From the NCBI GenBank assembly GCA_016700375.1, contig CP065016.1, positions 1,050,001-1,082,000 on the forward strand: a stretch of 32,000 nucleotides of DNA, given 5' to 3'. Shown here piece by piece: positions 7,936 through 17,733 of this stretch. The DNA is from Candidatus Saccharimonadota bacterium. Lineage in GTDB: Bacteria; Patescibacteriota; Saccharimonadia; Saccharimonadales; UBA4665. Numbering within the stretch: the stretch's first letter is position 1; the number at the start of each line of letters is the position of its first letter. The notes beneath the pieces were generated by a model. It had not been told where the DNA came from. It made no database searches and was given only the letters and a program-made list of their open reading frames with translations. Made by a program: the position numbers and the translations under genes.

Positions 7936-7975
7936 AGTAGTGGTAGCACAATGATTATGGAGTTAAAATAATACT

Positions 7976-9115
7976 ATGATATATGTTGACCACGCGGCGG
8001 CAACGCCGGTTGACCCAGCGGTACTAGCTGCTATGCAACCGTATTTTTCAGACGTCTTTTACAACCCGTCGGCTACGTATTTGCCGGCTCGGCAGGCAAG
8101 GGAGGCGCTGGAAGATGCGCGGGGTAGGGTGGCGCACTGGCTCGGGGCACGACCGACCGAAGTTATTTTTACTGCTGGTGGCACAGAAGGGAATAATTTA
8201 GCTATAGCGGGAGTTATGGCAAATTTTCCAAATTGCTCCGTTGTGGTTAGCGGCATTGAACATGAGTCTGTGCTAGCACCGGCGCAGCAGTTTAATTGTT
8301 CCGTTGCGCTTGCGACAGAGCAGGGCAGGGTGGTTCTAGACGACCTGCGTCAGAAAATTGCTCCTAATACGGTGCTCGTGAGCGTCATGTACGCGAATAA
8401 CGAAGTCGGTACCATTCAACCCTTGCGCCATATCTCGGCCATGCTGGCAGAAATCCGTGCCGAACGAAAAAAGGCAGGGAATAAGACGCCCCTGTACTTT
8501 CATACCGATGCGTGCCAGGCGGCAAACTATCTTGGACTATCTGTTGCGAGCCTTGGCATTGACCTCATGACCTTAAATGGCGGTAAAATATACGGGCCAA
8601 AGCAAACCGGCGTGCTATACGCGGCAAGTCACGTGAAGCTATCTCCGATAATCCGGGGTGGCGGACAAGAACGAGGGCTGCGTAGTGGTACCGAAAATGT
8701 CGCTGGTGCCATCGGCTTCGCAACGGCACTTGATGTGGCGCAAACGATGCGTCAAAACGAGGCTGCAAGACTAAACGAAGTGAAAAACGGAGCTATCCGC
8801 CTCTTATGCCAAAAAATCCCAGGTGTAATCATCAACGGGTCGCTCAAATACCGCCTGCCCAACAATGTACATCTTACCTTGCCCGGGTTCGATAACGAGC
8901 GCGTACTCTTGCAGCTCGAAGAGCGTGGGTTTTTCGCTGCAGCTGGCTCGGCGTGTAGCGCAAGCTCCGAGGAGCCAAGTCACGTACTGAGCGCCATGAG
9001 CATCGGCGATGAGGCTGCCCAGAGTAGCCTGCGAATTACCATGGGCCGCGCAACCACCAAAGCCGATATGGAAAAATTCATTCAAGCGCTCACAGATATA
9101 ACAAAAGGTAAATAA
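7976..9115 (+). CDS. Cysteine desulfurase (class V aminotransferase, NifS/IscS-like)
   Basis: FTAGGTEGNNLA, HTDACQA, PLP-lysine region LNGGKIYGPKQTGVLY, SGTENV, and active-site loop GSACSA. Confidence 0.92.
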   Translation: MIYVDHAAATPVDPAVLAAMQPYFSDVFYNPSATYLPARQAREALEDARGRVAHWLGARPTEVIFTAGGTEGNNLAIAGVMANFPNCSVVVSGIEHESVLAPAQQFNCSVALATEQGRVVLDDLRQKIAPNTVLVSVMYANNEVGTIQPLRHISAMLAEIRAERKKAGNKTPLYFHTDACQAANYLGLSVASLGIDLMTLNGGKIYGPKQTGVLYAASHVKLSPIIRGGGQERGLRSGTENVAGAIGFATALDVAQTMRQNEAARLNEVKNGAIRLLCQKIPGVIINGSLKYRLPNNVHLTLPGFDNERVLLQLEERGFFAAAGSACSASSEEPSHVLSAMSIGDEAAQSSLRITMGRATTKADMEKFIQALTDITKGK

Positions 9116-9185
9116 CACAACGAAACAACAGATGGAAGAAAATAACTATCTCTTACAAAAAACCACTCTAAGAGGACTGTCCTTT

Positions 9186-9209
9186 GAGTATGGTTTTGAG
9201 TATGGTTTT
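9186..9209. repeat. 12-bp perfect tandem duplication (gagtatggtttt x2)
   Basis: Read directly, in the convergent intergenic gap between the desulfurase and the nucleotidyltransferase. Confidence 0.9.
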
Positions 9210-9217
9210 CCTTGGGT

Positions 9218-10051
9218 CTAGAGATTGGTGGGGTGGGTTTCGGCTATCACGACTTGGTTGGCGTGGAGCCAGCCCTCGACGGTTCCCGCATCGAGATACT
9301 TTCCTTGCGCGGAAACTACTTTCATGACACCGCCGTCTTCTATAACTTTTTGGAATGGATGGAAGATGTAGTATTCCTTGCCCGCATCAATAGGCTGGGC
9401 AACGTATTCGCTCACCGCCTTGAGCATAGAGTAATTCAAGACGTACTTGCTGACATTTTTCATGAATTGTTCTGGCATGGGGTCTGGATGTTCAATAATT
9501 CGCACCAAATTGCCCTGGTCGTCAGCTACAATGTGGCCGTACTGCTGTATGGAGCTATCGGTCACCGGCACGGCAAGTATAGCGCTTTGTCCTTCTGGGG
9601 TTGCCTCGAGCATACGTACAATATCGGAGCTGCCGTCACTGTTATAGAGACAGTCATCGCCCATGACAACCACCACAGATTCACCTTCGTTGACGTACGG
9701 CATGGCTAGGTCAACTGGAACGGCGGTGCCGTATTTGCCGTAGCTTGGCTGTACGATGTAGTGAAACCGAGCAAGAGGTGTCTCTGTAAGCGGTAGCATA
9801 TCTTGTTTGCCGTTTCGGATAAGGTAGTCGGTAAGCTCGACATTATCACGGTAGTAGGTGTGCAGCTGTTCGCTTTGTTCGCCAACAATAAAGTAAATGT
9901 CGGTTATGCCAGCTGCGACACAGTCGCGCACAACGTAGTCGACGATTGGGCGATTGCCAATGGGTAGCATGCATTTTTCAATGGCTTTAGTAATAGGAAG
10001 CCGGCGTGTTCCCCAGCCGGCTACAGGGATGATTGCTTTGGTGATAGACAT
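9218..10051 (-). CDS. galU: UTP--glucose-1-phosphate uridylyltransferase-like sugar nucleotidyltransferase
   Basis: N-terminal signature KAIIPVAGWGTRRLPITKAIEKCMLPI..RPIVDYVV is typical of GalU/GtaB-type enzymes. Size is 277 aa. Substrate specificity is not provable from sequence alone. Confidence 0.85.
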   Translation of the reverse strand: MSITKAIIPVAGWGTRRLPITKAIEKCMLPIGNRPIVDYVVRDCVAAGITDIYFIVGEQSEQLHTYYRDNVELTDYLIRNGKQDMLPLTETPLARFHYIVQPSYGKYGTAVPVDLAMPYVNEGESVVVVMGDDCLYNSDGSSDIVRMLEATPEGQSAILAVPVTDSSIQQYGHIVADDQGNLVRIIEHPDPMPEQFMKNVSKYVLNYSMLKAVSEYVAQPIDAGKEYYIFHPFQKVIEDGGVMKVVSAQGKYLDAGTVEGWLHANQVVIAETHPTNL

Positions 10052-10137
10052 AGTCTCTCTAGTATAGTCGAAAGTTGCGAAGAAACCGATAAAAAGCCTT
10101 GTCGTATCAGTGGTAAAACGGTTATACTTTGAAGCAT

Positions 10138-10983
10138 ATGCAACAGATAAAAAAACAGATTCGTCAAATACAGCGGTTTGTTTTACTGGCGCTTTTTGGG
10201 TTAGTCGTTTCGCTCCCCAGTATCGTTAGCGCGCAAACGGTTTCACAGGGCTACGGTGTAACTGGGGTTGTCCAGAAGGGCATGATAGTCATGCTTGACC
10301 CGAAAGATAGCCGAAAAGTTCAGGCGCTCACGAACAAAACCGACAAAGCCATGCACGGCGTGGTTGTCTCGGCAAACGACACCGTGGTGTCTTTGGGCGG
10401 CGATAGTAGTAACGCGCAAGTGTATGTTGCTTCAAACGGCAAGTACGACGCGCTGGTAAGCAACCAGAACGGCGCAATCAAAAGCGGTGACATCATAAGC
10501 ATATCGGCACTGGACGGTATAGGCATGAAGGCAGACTCGCGGCAAGGAGTAATTCTTGGCAAGGCACTCAGTGGCTTTGACGGCACAAAAAATGTTAGCG
10601 GCAATGCTGCGCTTACGACCTCAGCCGGCAAGAAAGATGTCGCCATTGGCTTTATACAAATAGACATTGGTATTTCGCGTAATCCGCTCGCCGTCTCGGT
10701 CAGCGGACCACCCGTTCCAGCTTTCTTGCGTAAGTCAGGCGACAGTATTGCGGGCAAACCAGTGAGCACTGTACGACTGTACGTAAGTTTGGCTATCTTG
10801 CTTATTACCATTTTTATGACTGGCAGCCTACTGTACGGCGGGGTACGCAGTAGCCTCGTTTCCATCGGTCGCAATCCTCTCGCGAAGAAGTCTATTCTTC
10901 GGGGGCTTATTCAGGTTGTGGTACTGGGGCTAATCGTTTTTGTTATTGGCCTAATCGCGATATACTTACTATTGAAATTGTAA
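10138..10983 (+). CDS. Exported protein with a C-terminal two-helix membrane hairpin (c-subunit-like RNP loop), unknown function
   Basis: Signal peptide ...LPSIVSA|QTV, a ~190-aa Gly/Val/Ser-rich beta-type domain, then two TM helices joined by SIGRNPLAKK. ATG 10138 is preferred over the track's TTG 10129. It sits directly upstream of atpF. Confidence 0.65.
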   Translation: MQQIKKQIRQIQRFVLLALFGLVVSLPSIVSAQTVSQGYGVTGVVQKGMIVMLDPKDSRKVQALTNKTDKAMHGVVVSANDTVVSLGGDSSNAQVYVASNGKYDALVSNQNGAIKSGDIISISALDGIGMKADSRQGVILGKALSGFDGTKNVSGNAALTTSAGKKDVAIGFIQIDIGISRNPLAVSVSGPPVPAFLRKSGDSIAGKPVSTVRLYVSLAILLITIFMTGSLLYGGVRSSLVSIGRNPLAKKSILRGLIQVVVLGLIVFVIGLIAIYLLLKL

Positions 10984-11013
10984 ACACAAGCATATAGGGG
11001 TGGGGACGCATAT

Positions 11014-11637
11014 ATGACAATTTGGCAGCTGGCACTGATACTCGGGAGCTTACTGGCAGCGACTCTGGCTTTCATATGGCTCGCGGTGCGTATGGGTACA
11101 ACCGGCGGCAAGAAAAAAGGAAATGACAATGCCGATATAGAAAAAGCTGCCGAAGAAGATGTGGAGCACATATTCAACGACACCTTCCGGGAAGAGCTTC
11201 GCAACAGGGGTCGTCTTCACTTCGAGAAGATTATTTCCGAAAATGCTATGTTTTTGCAGCAAGATCTTCGGCTCACCACCAGCCAGCTAAACGAATACAT
11301 GAAGGAAGAGATTACTAAAAATCTCAAAGATGAATTCGCAAAATACGAACAGTCCATTAACGACGCTAAACAGCTTGCCATAGACTCTATTCAGAAGACA
11401 AACTCTGCCATAGAGGAACAGCGCGCCCAGCTAGGTCAGCAGGTACAGGCGCAGATTGTTGCCGAGAAGCAGCAAATGGTTGAGCGTTTCGAGCAGAATA
11501 TGACCGATATCATCAACCATTACGTGCTTGCCGCTATAGGTGACCAAATTGATTTGAACGACCAACTCGAATACATCTTGGCTGACCTTGAGGCAAACCG
11601 CGAAGCTATCATACAGGATATAAATCATGGTGCCTGA
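11014..11637 (+). CDS. atpF: F-type ATP synthase peripheral-stalk subunit b (b-like)
   Basis: Single N-terminal TM helix (IWQLALILGSLLAATLAFIWLAV) followed by a ~170-aa charged coiled coil. It sits immediately before delta and alpha. SD aggggtgggga upstream. Confidence 0.72.
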   Translation: MTIWQLALILGSLLAATLAFIWLAVRMGTTGGKKKGNDNADIEKAAEEDVEHIFNDTFREELRNRGRLHFEKIISENAMFLQQDLRLTTSQLNEYMKEEITKNLKDEFAKYEQSINDAKQLAIDSIQKTNSAIEEQRAQLGQQVQAQIVAEKQQMVERFEQNMTDIINHYVLAAIGDQIDLNDQLEYILADLEANREAIIQDINHGA

Positions 11638-12172
11638 AACTCAGGCGGCACCAGTTTTGCCGGTAGGGGTTGTCGGTATGATTGACCTGGGCCGGCTTAT
11701 ACGTGAACTCGAACGACTTGAAGCAGCGATGACCAGCGACAAGATTCGGACCGGTGCGGACGTGCAGCTTCCCAAGCTGAGTGCTCTGATGGACCAGCTG
11801 GCCGAAACAAACAAACTCGATTTGCGTGACCCGCATGCTCGAAAAAGCCTGCTCGAGTTTTTGAAACTACTCCGTAAAGAAGCGCCGAAAATACATATGA
11901 GCTTTAGTGCCGACCCTACTCCTGAGTTTCTTGCCAAACTACTCATGTGGCTGCGGGCACATGTACACCCGCATGTGTTAGTAGCGGTTGGTTTGCAGCC
12001 GGGCATTGGAGCGGGTTGTGTGCTTCGTACCACAAACCGGTATTTTGATATGTCACTCGGGAAATCATTTGCCGACAAACGAGAGCTGCTAATGAAGCGG
12101 CTACGGGAGTCAAACGCCCAACCCGCCACTGCCACAATGCCTGCACCACCGGTGGTCGAGGGAGTATCATGA
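11627..12172 (+). CDS. atpH: F-type ATP synthase subunit delta (OSCP)
   Basis: Position between b and alpha. The C-terminal pattern ...[35 protein letters not shown] matches the delta consensus (..IGG..v..gd...D.S......L). It overlaps atpF by 11 nt and atpA by ATGA. Confidence 0.72.
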   Translation: MVPETQAAPVLPVGVVGMIDLGRLIRELERLEAAMTSDKIRTGADVQLPKLSALMDQLAETNKLDLRDPHARKSLLEFLKLLRKEAPKIHMSFSADPTPEFLAKLLMWLRAHVHPHVLVAVGLQPGIGAGCVLRTTNRYFDMSLGKSFADKRELLMKRLRESNAQPATATMPAPPVVEGVS

Positions 12173-14160
12173 GTTTTAGTAACCAACACTTTGAAAAATT
12201 GGTCGAATCTGGCAAGCCGGTTGGTGAAGTGATTGGTGTTGATAAATTCCTCGTGCAGGTTAGCGGCCTCCAGCCCTCTGCCCTTCATGCTCTCGTTATG
12301 TTCGAAGACGGGAGCAAGGGCTTCATAAACCAAATTCTGGAGGACCATGTGCTGGTGCTGCATCTTGGTTCGGAGCCGTTGCGCGTCGGCATGGTAGCGG
12401 TTTTGCAGCATCAAGAGCTTGTATGTAAGGTTGGCAAGGACTTTGTGGGTCGGGTTGTCTCGGTAACTGGCGACCCCCTGGACGGCAAAGGACCAGTTCC
12501 GGCCGACGCAACATGGCCGGTCTTTAATACCGCGCCGCCCCTGTACACCCGTAAGCTCGTAGAAGACCAGCTTGAAAGCGGCGTGACGGCCATAGATGCT
12601 CTCTTTCCGATGGTGCGCGGTCAGCGCATGGCTCTGCTGGGAGACAGTAAGTCGGGTAAAAGTACTGTGGTTACGCAGCTGGCGATTAACCAAAAAAATA
12701 CTGACCAGATTGTGGTTTACTGCCTTATTGCGAAGCGTCGTAGCGATGTCGATACCCTCCTCACGCGCCTGCAAGATAACGGCGGTATGGAAAAAGCTAT
12801 TGTTGTTGTGAGCACCATGTTTGAGTCGCTCATTATGAGCTACATTGCACCGTACGTGGCATGTGCTATGGCCGAATATTTGTGGCAAAAGTGCGACCAA
12901 GACACCATTATTGTCTACGACGACCTGACCAGCCACGCCCATGCCTACCGCGAAGTTGCGCTGCTTTCTGGGGTGAGTCCGGGGCGAGATAGCTACCCTG
13001 GCGACATGTTCTATGCCCATTCTAGCTTGCTTGAGCGCGCTGGGCGTCTTGACAGCACGGGGCGGTGTCTTACCTCTATTCCGGTCGTTCATGCGGCCAA
13101 TGGTGATATTACTGCCTATTTGCCGACAAATATTATGTCTATTACCGATGGTCAATGGATTCTTGATATGGATACGTTCCGAAATGGTATTCGCCCAGCG
13201 CTCAACATCGGCCTGAGCGTGACGCGTGCCGGTGGTGTCGGCCACAACAAGCGCCAAAAAGAGCTTGCTGCGCAAACGCTCAAAATGCTCGCGAGCTACA
13301 GACAAGCCGAGGAATTTTCGCACTTCGGTTCGGAGCTTGGCCCTGAAGCCAAAAAGGCGCTTGCCACCGGTAAGCGTGTGTTTGAACTCTTGACGCAGGC
13401 GCCCGGAGACACCTTCTCGCTTATGGCGCAGCAGCTTATGCTCGATATAGTACTGAACCTTGAAGACGGCGCAGTACTAGATATAAATGCCCTCAAGCTA
13501 AACGCCAACGACTTTGCTAAGAAGGTTGAAAAAGACGAAGGCTACCAGAAGGTTCACGACATGCTTGCCGGTGAATGCGTGAAGAACGCACCAAAACCGG
13601 TCGATACAAAAGAACCAACGGCAGACAAGCCCGATGCACCAAAAGACGCCACTGACACCAAAGCAGATGCCGCAAAAGACGGTGAAAAGTCCGAAAAAAC
13701 CGAAGAAAGTAAACCAGATGCTTCGGATAAAGCAGCCACTCCTGCCGAAGAGCATGATACCTCGCCCGTAGAAAAACCAGCAGAGAGTGATTCCGAGGCC
13801 TCCACAGATAGTGCGCCGCAGCCAGAGCCAGTTGCCGAGCAGCCGGTAGCGCCCGCCCCAACCCCAGAAGAGCATTCAGATAGTGCCGATACGTCACCGC
13901 CAGCGCCTATTGCACAACCAGAACAGACACACTCGGACGAACCGGCGCACCCGCTGTTCAAGAAGCTGCTAGGCGGGAAAAAGCATGAGGATAAAAAAGA
14001 AGAACCGAAGGCTACCGAACATACCGAGACAGCGAAACCCGAAAAGACAGAGGAGCAAAAAGTTGACGAAATGATGTCTGTTGAGCTTGAAAAGCAAAAA
14101 AACAAGGCAGCGACAAATGGTCACGTCATGGATGCGGTAATTCCGGAGAAAAAACCATGA
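12169..14160 (+). CDS. atpA: F-type ATP synthase subunit alpha with a ~190-aa low-complexity C-terminal extension
   Basis: Walker [10 protein letters not shown]. Alpha-type motifs: [71 protein letters not shown]. The C-terminal helical domain runs to about residue 470. From 13582 there is a Lys/Glu/Asp/Pro/Thr-rich tail. Confidence 0.93.
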   Translation: MSFSNQHFEKLVESGKPVGEVIGVDKFLVQVSGLQPSALHALVMFEDGSKGFINQILEDHVLVLHLGSEPLRVGMVAVLQHQELVCKVGKDFVGRVVSVTGDPLDGKGPVPADATWPVFNTAPPLYTRKLVEDQLESGVTAIDALFPMVRGQRMALLGDSKSGKSTVVTQLAINQKNTDQIVVYCLIAKRRSDVDTLLTRLQDNGGMEKAIVVVSTMFESLIMSYIAPYVACAMAEYLWQKCDQDTIIVYDDLTSHAHAYREVALLSGVSPGRDSYPGDMFYAHSSLLERAGRLDSTGRCLTSIPVVHAANGDITAYLPTNIMSITDGQWILDMDTFRNGIRPALNIGLSVTRAGGVGHNKRQKELAAQTLKMLASYRQAEEFSHFGSELGPEAKKALATGKRVFELLTQAPGDTFSLMAQQLMLDIVLNLEDGAVLDINALKLNANDFAKKVEKDEGYQKVHDMLAGECVKNAPKPVDTKEPTADKPDAPKDATDTKADAAKDGEKSEKTEESKPDASDKAATPAEEHDTSPVEKPAESDSEASTDSAPQPEPVAEQPVAPAPTPEEHSDSADTSPPAPIAQPEQTHSDEPAHPLFKKLLGGKKHEDKKEEPKATEHTETAKPEKTEEQKVDEMMSVELEKQKNKAATNGHVMDAVIPEKKP

Positions 14161-14163
14161 ATG

Positions 14164-14266
14164 ACCAACTACCAACTACCAAATTCCAATACATAAATTC
14201 CAATGAGCTTCATTTGGTAGTTGGTAGTTGGTATTTGGTATTTGGAGCGACCAGGGGGAGCGACCG
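14164..14266 (+). repeat. Heptamer-array hairpin element E1 (atpA-atpG spacer)
   Basis: A perfect 20-bp inverted repeat, ACCAACTACCAACTACCAAA (14164-14183) with TTTGGTAGTTGGTAGTTGGT (14213-14232), flanks a 29-nt loop. This is followed by (TATTTGG)x2 and then AGCGACC-aggggg-AGCGACC containing the SD for GTG 14267. The 38-nt core 14180-14217 is identical to 15171-15208. Confidence 0.92.
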
Positions 14267-15133
14267 GTGAGGCGGCCAAATGAAATCGCCAAAGATGAAG
14301 CCAGCATGGCAACACTAGTAGAGTTAACCAGTGTGTTTGAGGGTATTGCCAGTATGCGCATCGCCCAAACGAAAAATCAGGTTCTTGAGTCCACTAAATT
14401 CTTTGATGAAATCTGGAAAATCTATACCCAGCTTCGTGTCGACAGCCTGTTTAGCTTTGGGCGAGATGAAGGCAAGAGTCATACCATAATCGATAAAGAG
14501 CTTTATATTATCATTACAGCCGAAGGTGGTTTTAGTGGTGACATTGACCAAAAACTCGTGCAGTCCATGCTCGATAGTTACGATAAAGACAAGAACGACA
14601 TCATTGTCATTGGGCATCACGGCGCGATGCAGCTTTCGCAGCGAGGTGTTTCCTTCCGGAAGTATTACAAACTGCCCAGTAAAGACAAAAATATCAATGT
14701 TGCGCCCATTATTAAGGAAGTACAAGAGTACAAAAAATGCAGTGTGTTTTACCAGCAATATATATCCCTCATGAACCAGGAAGTGAAGCGAATCTCGCTT
14801 TCTATGGCGGTCAAAACTGCTGGTATGGCAAGTGATAAACCCGATGAGGTTATTAGTGAGGCAAACTATATTTTTGAGCCGTCTAGTTTCGCCGTTGCTT
14901 CTCACCTCGAGCGTTCTATGATGAAAATTGCGCTTGGGCAGTTGATACTACAGTCGAAGCTGGCTCAGTATGCTTCGCGTTTCCGTGCTATGAGTGCCTC
15001 GCACCAACGAGCCGACGAAGAAAAAGCCGACCTGCACCTTGCTTACAACCGGGCGCGCCGCGGCGTGAAAGACGAACGTCTAAAAGAGATTATCAATGGC
15101 ATGAAAAAGAGTAAAGCAGGAGTGGCAGCATGA
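14267..15133 (+). CDS. atpG: F-type ATP synthase subunit gamma
   Basis: Position between alpha and beta. The N-terminal helix (PNEIAKDEASMATLVELTSVFEGIASMRIAQTK) aligns with the gamma consensus (lkeIk.ri.sv.nt.kIT.AMemVa..K). C-terminal helix: YNRARRGVKDERLKEIINGM. Start set at GTG 14267 (SD GGGGGAG 7 nt upstream) instead of the track's TTG 14228, which lies inside the repeat. Confidence 0.85.
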   Translation: MRRPNEIAKDEASMATLVELTSVFEGIASMRIAQTKNQVLESTKFFDEIWKIYTQLRVDSLFSFGRDEGKSHTIIDKELYIIITAEGGFSGDIDQKLVQSMLDSYDKDKNDIIVIGHHGAMQLSQRGVSFRKYYKLPSKDKNINVAPIIKEVQEYKKCSVFYQQYISLMNQEVKRISLSMAVKTAGMASDKPDEVISEANYIFEPSSFAVASHLERSMMKIALGQLILQSKLAQYASRFRAMSASHQRADEEKADLHLAYNRARRGVKDERLKEIINGMKKSKAGVAA

Positions 15134-15137
15134 GTGG

Positions 15138-16574
<1,437 letters not shown>

Positions 16575-16584
16575 GTAGCCCAGT

Positions 16585-16899
16585 ATGCAAGAAGACCAAG
16601 TGAAGCCAACAGAGGAAAAAGAAGCATCCCAGGCGAAACAGGGCACCGCGGACAGCACCTCCATGTATGTAAAGGTCTATGCGCCGTACAAGGTATATTT
16701 TGATGGTGATGCCGAAAGTATCAGTGCGGCGAGTCAGACAGGTCCCTTTGACATTTTGCCGAGGCACCACAATTTCATCACGCTCCTTGTGGCGTGCGAT
16801 ATCATTGTCCGTACCAAAACCGGCGAAGAAAAAATCCGTATACAGGGTGGGATTATGCATGTTAAAGCAGACAGTGTCATTGTGTTCTTGGATGTGTAG
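16585..16899 (+). CDS. atpC: F-type ATP synthase subunit epsilon, beta-sandwich domain only
   Basis: Follows atpD. The segment VKVYAPYKVYFDGDAESISAASQTGPFDILPRHHNFITLLVACDIIV...GGIMHVKADSVIVFLD matches the epsilon N-terminal domain (G.fgiLp.H.p.it.L..g). The protein ends there, with no C-terminal two-helix hairpin. A 26-aa acidic/polar N-terminal leader precedes it, so the true start could be the internal Met. Confidence 0.82.
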   Translation: MQEDQVKPTEEKEASQAKQGTADSTSMYVKVYAPYKVYFDGDAESISAASQTGPFDILPRHHNFITLLVACDIIVRTKTGEEKIRIQGGIMHVKADSVIVFLDV

Positions 16900-16904
16900 G
16901 CCAA

Positions 16905-16928
16905 CACCGGTGTTTCCGGTGCTTTTGG
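16905..16928 (+). terminator. Rho-independent terminator of the atp operon
   Basis: CACCGG-tgttt-CCGGTG followed by CTTTTGG, 5 nt after the atpC stop. Confidence 0.7.
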
Positions 16929-16961
16929 TCAACTATGGTATAGTACAGGCGGGGACAGGGT

Positions 16962-17636
16962 ATGTATCAGCTCGATAGACAGTTACACAAACATACAAGA
17001 CTTAAAAAGCGTCTCTTTTGGTTGTTCGTAATACTTATTATTGTTGGGATAGTGTACGGCTTAAACAATCTCAGACTTTCACCGAAACAGGAAATTAAAA
17101 GCACACCGTCTCTTAGTAGGTCTTACGGCGCAAATACGCTAAAGATGGAGACATTTGAAAAACCTGAAGTTATGTTTCAGGCTCCAAGCGGGTGGAAAGA
17201 AGTGCCCGTGACCCAGTCAACGCATACTCCCAATTACATGTATATCCATGACTCGGACGGTCAGGTGCTGGAGATATTTATCAATAAAACTCCCCAAGGC
17301 TTAGGCATAAACCGGGCAATCGTTGTCTATGGCGGCTCGGCTACCATCTCACATGATGTCGTTTCAGAAAATTGTACTACCTTCACAGAGGCAAGCAAGC
17401 GGGATGCTAAGACCGGCCTTGCTCCAGCAAAATGGCAAGAGGTAGATTTTTTGTGCGATATGGCAAACCCGAGTCGGGCCGTTGTGGGGACAATATCAAA
17501 AGATGGGAGCAATTTCTTCACTATCAAAACCGACAGCGGTAAGGAATATGCAGTGTTCCTAAAGTATACTGACAGTGCAATAAATCCAAGCTATAGTATT
17601 TTCTATAATATACTCTCGAGCATGCGTTTTCGTTAG
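16962..17636 (+). CDS. Membrane-anchored hypothetical protein
   Basis: 224 aa: basic N-terminus, one TM helix (LFWLFVILIIVGIVYGL), then a soluble domain containing two Cys. No family recognised. Confidence 0.55.
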   Translation: MYQLDRQLHKHTRLKKRLFWLFVILIIVGIVYGLNNLRLSPKQEIKSTPSLSRSYGANTLKMETFEKPEVMFQAPSGWKEVPVTQSTHTPNYMYIHDSDGQVLEIFINKTPQGLGINRAIVVYGGSATISHDVVSENCTTFTEASKRDAKTGLAPAKWQEVDFLCDMANPSRAVVGTISKDGSNFFTIKTDSGKEYAVFLKYTDSAINPSYSIFYNILSSMRFR

Positions 17637-17733
17637 AATTTTTTGGCGTTTTCAAATGTGTAGGCAGCAAACTGTCGAGGGTCTGTACAAATAATACTTT
17701 GTATGACACGTAAGACGAAACCGTAAGTCCGGA

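Noticed and set aside
7741-7975. SRP RNA, 6S RNA, tmRNA or RNase P assignment for the structured gap
   Set aside because: There is a CCGGAAG string, but no GNAR tetraloop closed by the SRP helix-8 pattern with AGCAGC on the 3' side. There is no RNase P CR-I (GAGGAAAGUCC) and no tRNA-like tmRNA ends. A 6S assignment cannot be tested by eye, so the region is kept only as an unclassified candidate.
9212-9709. 165-aa plus-strand ORF
   Set aside because: It is antisense to the GalU-like gene, whose N-terminal nucleotidyltransferase signature is on the minus strand.
11641-13323. 560-aa minus-strand ORF, the longest antisense ORF in the window
   Set aside because: It lies exactly antisense to atpH and atpA, which carry unmistakable family motifs on the plus strand. 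Its translation is Arg/Ser/Ala-rich with no motif, so it is a shadow ORF of a codon-biased gene.
13498-14175. Several 68-183-aa minus-strand ORFs over the 3' end of atpA
   Set aside because: They are artefacts of the low-complexity, stop-poor sequence that encodes the alpha tail. The plus frame is continuous with the alpha catalytic core.
14228-14266. Track start codons lying upstream of better starts (14228 for atpG, 22725 for P3, 4630 for metG, 26347 for mnmA, 6907, 10129)
   Set aside because: The extensions run through repeat elements, the upstream gene or hairpins, and they add residues not seen at the N-termini of these families. Downstream starts have an SD or match the conserved N-terminus.
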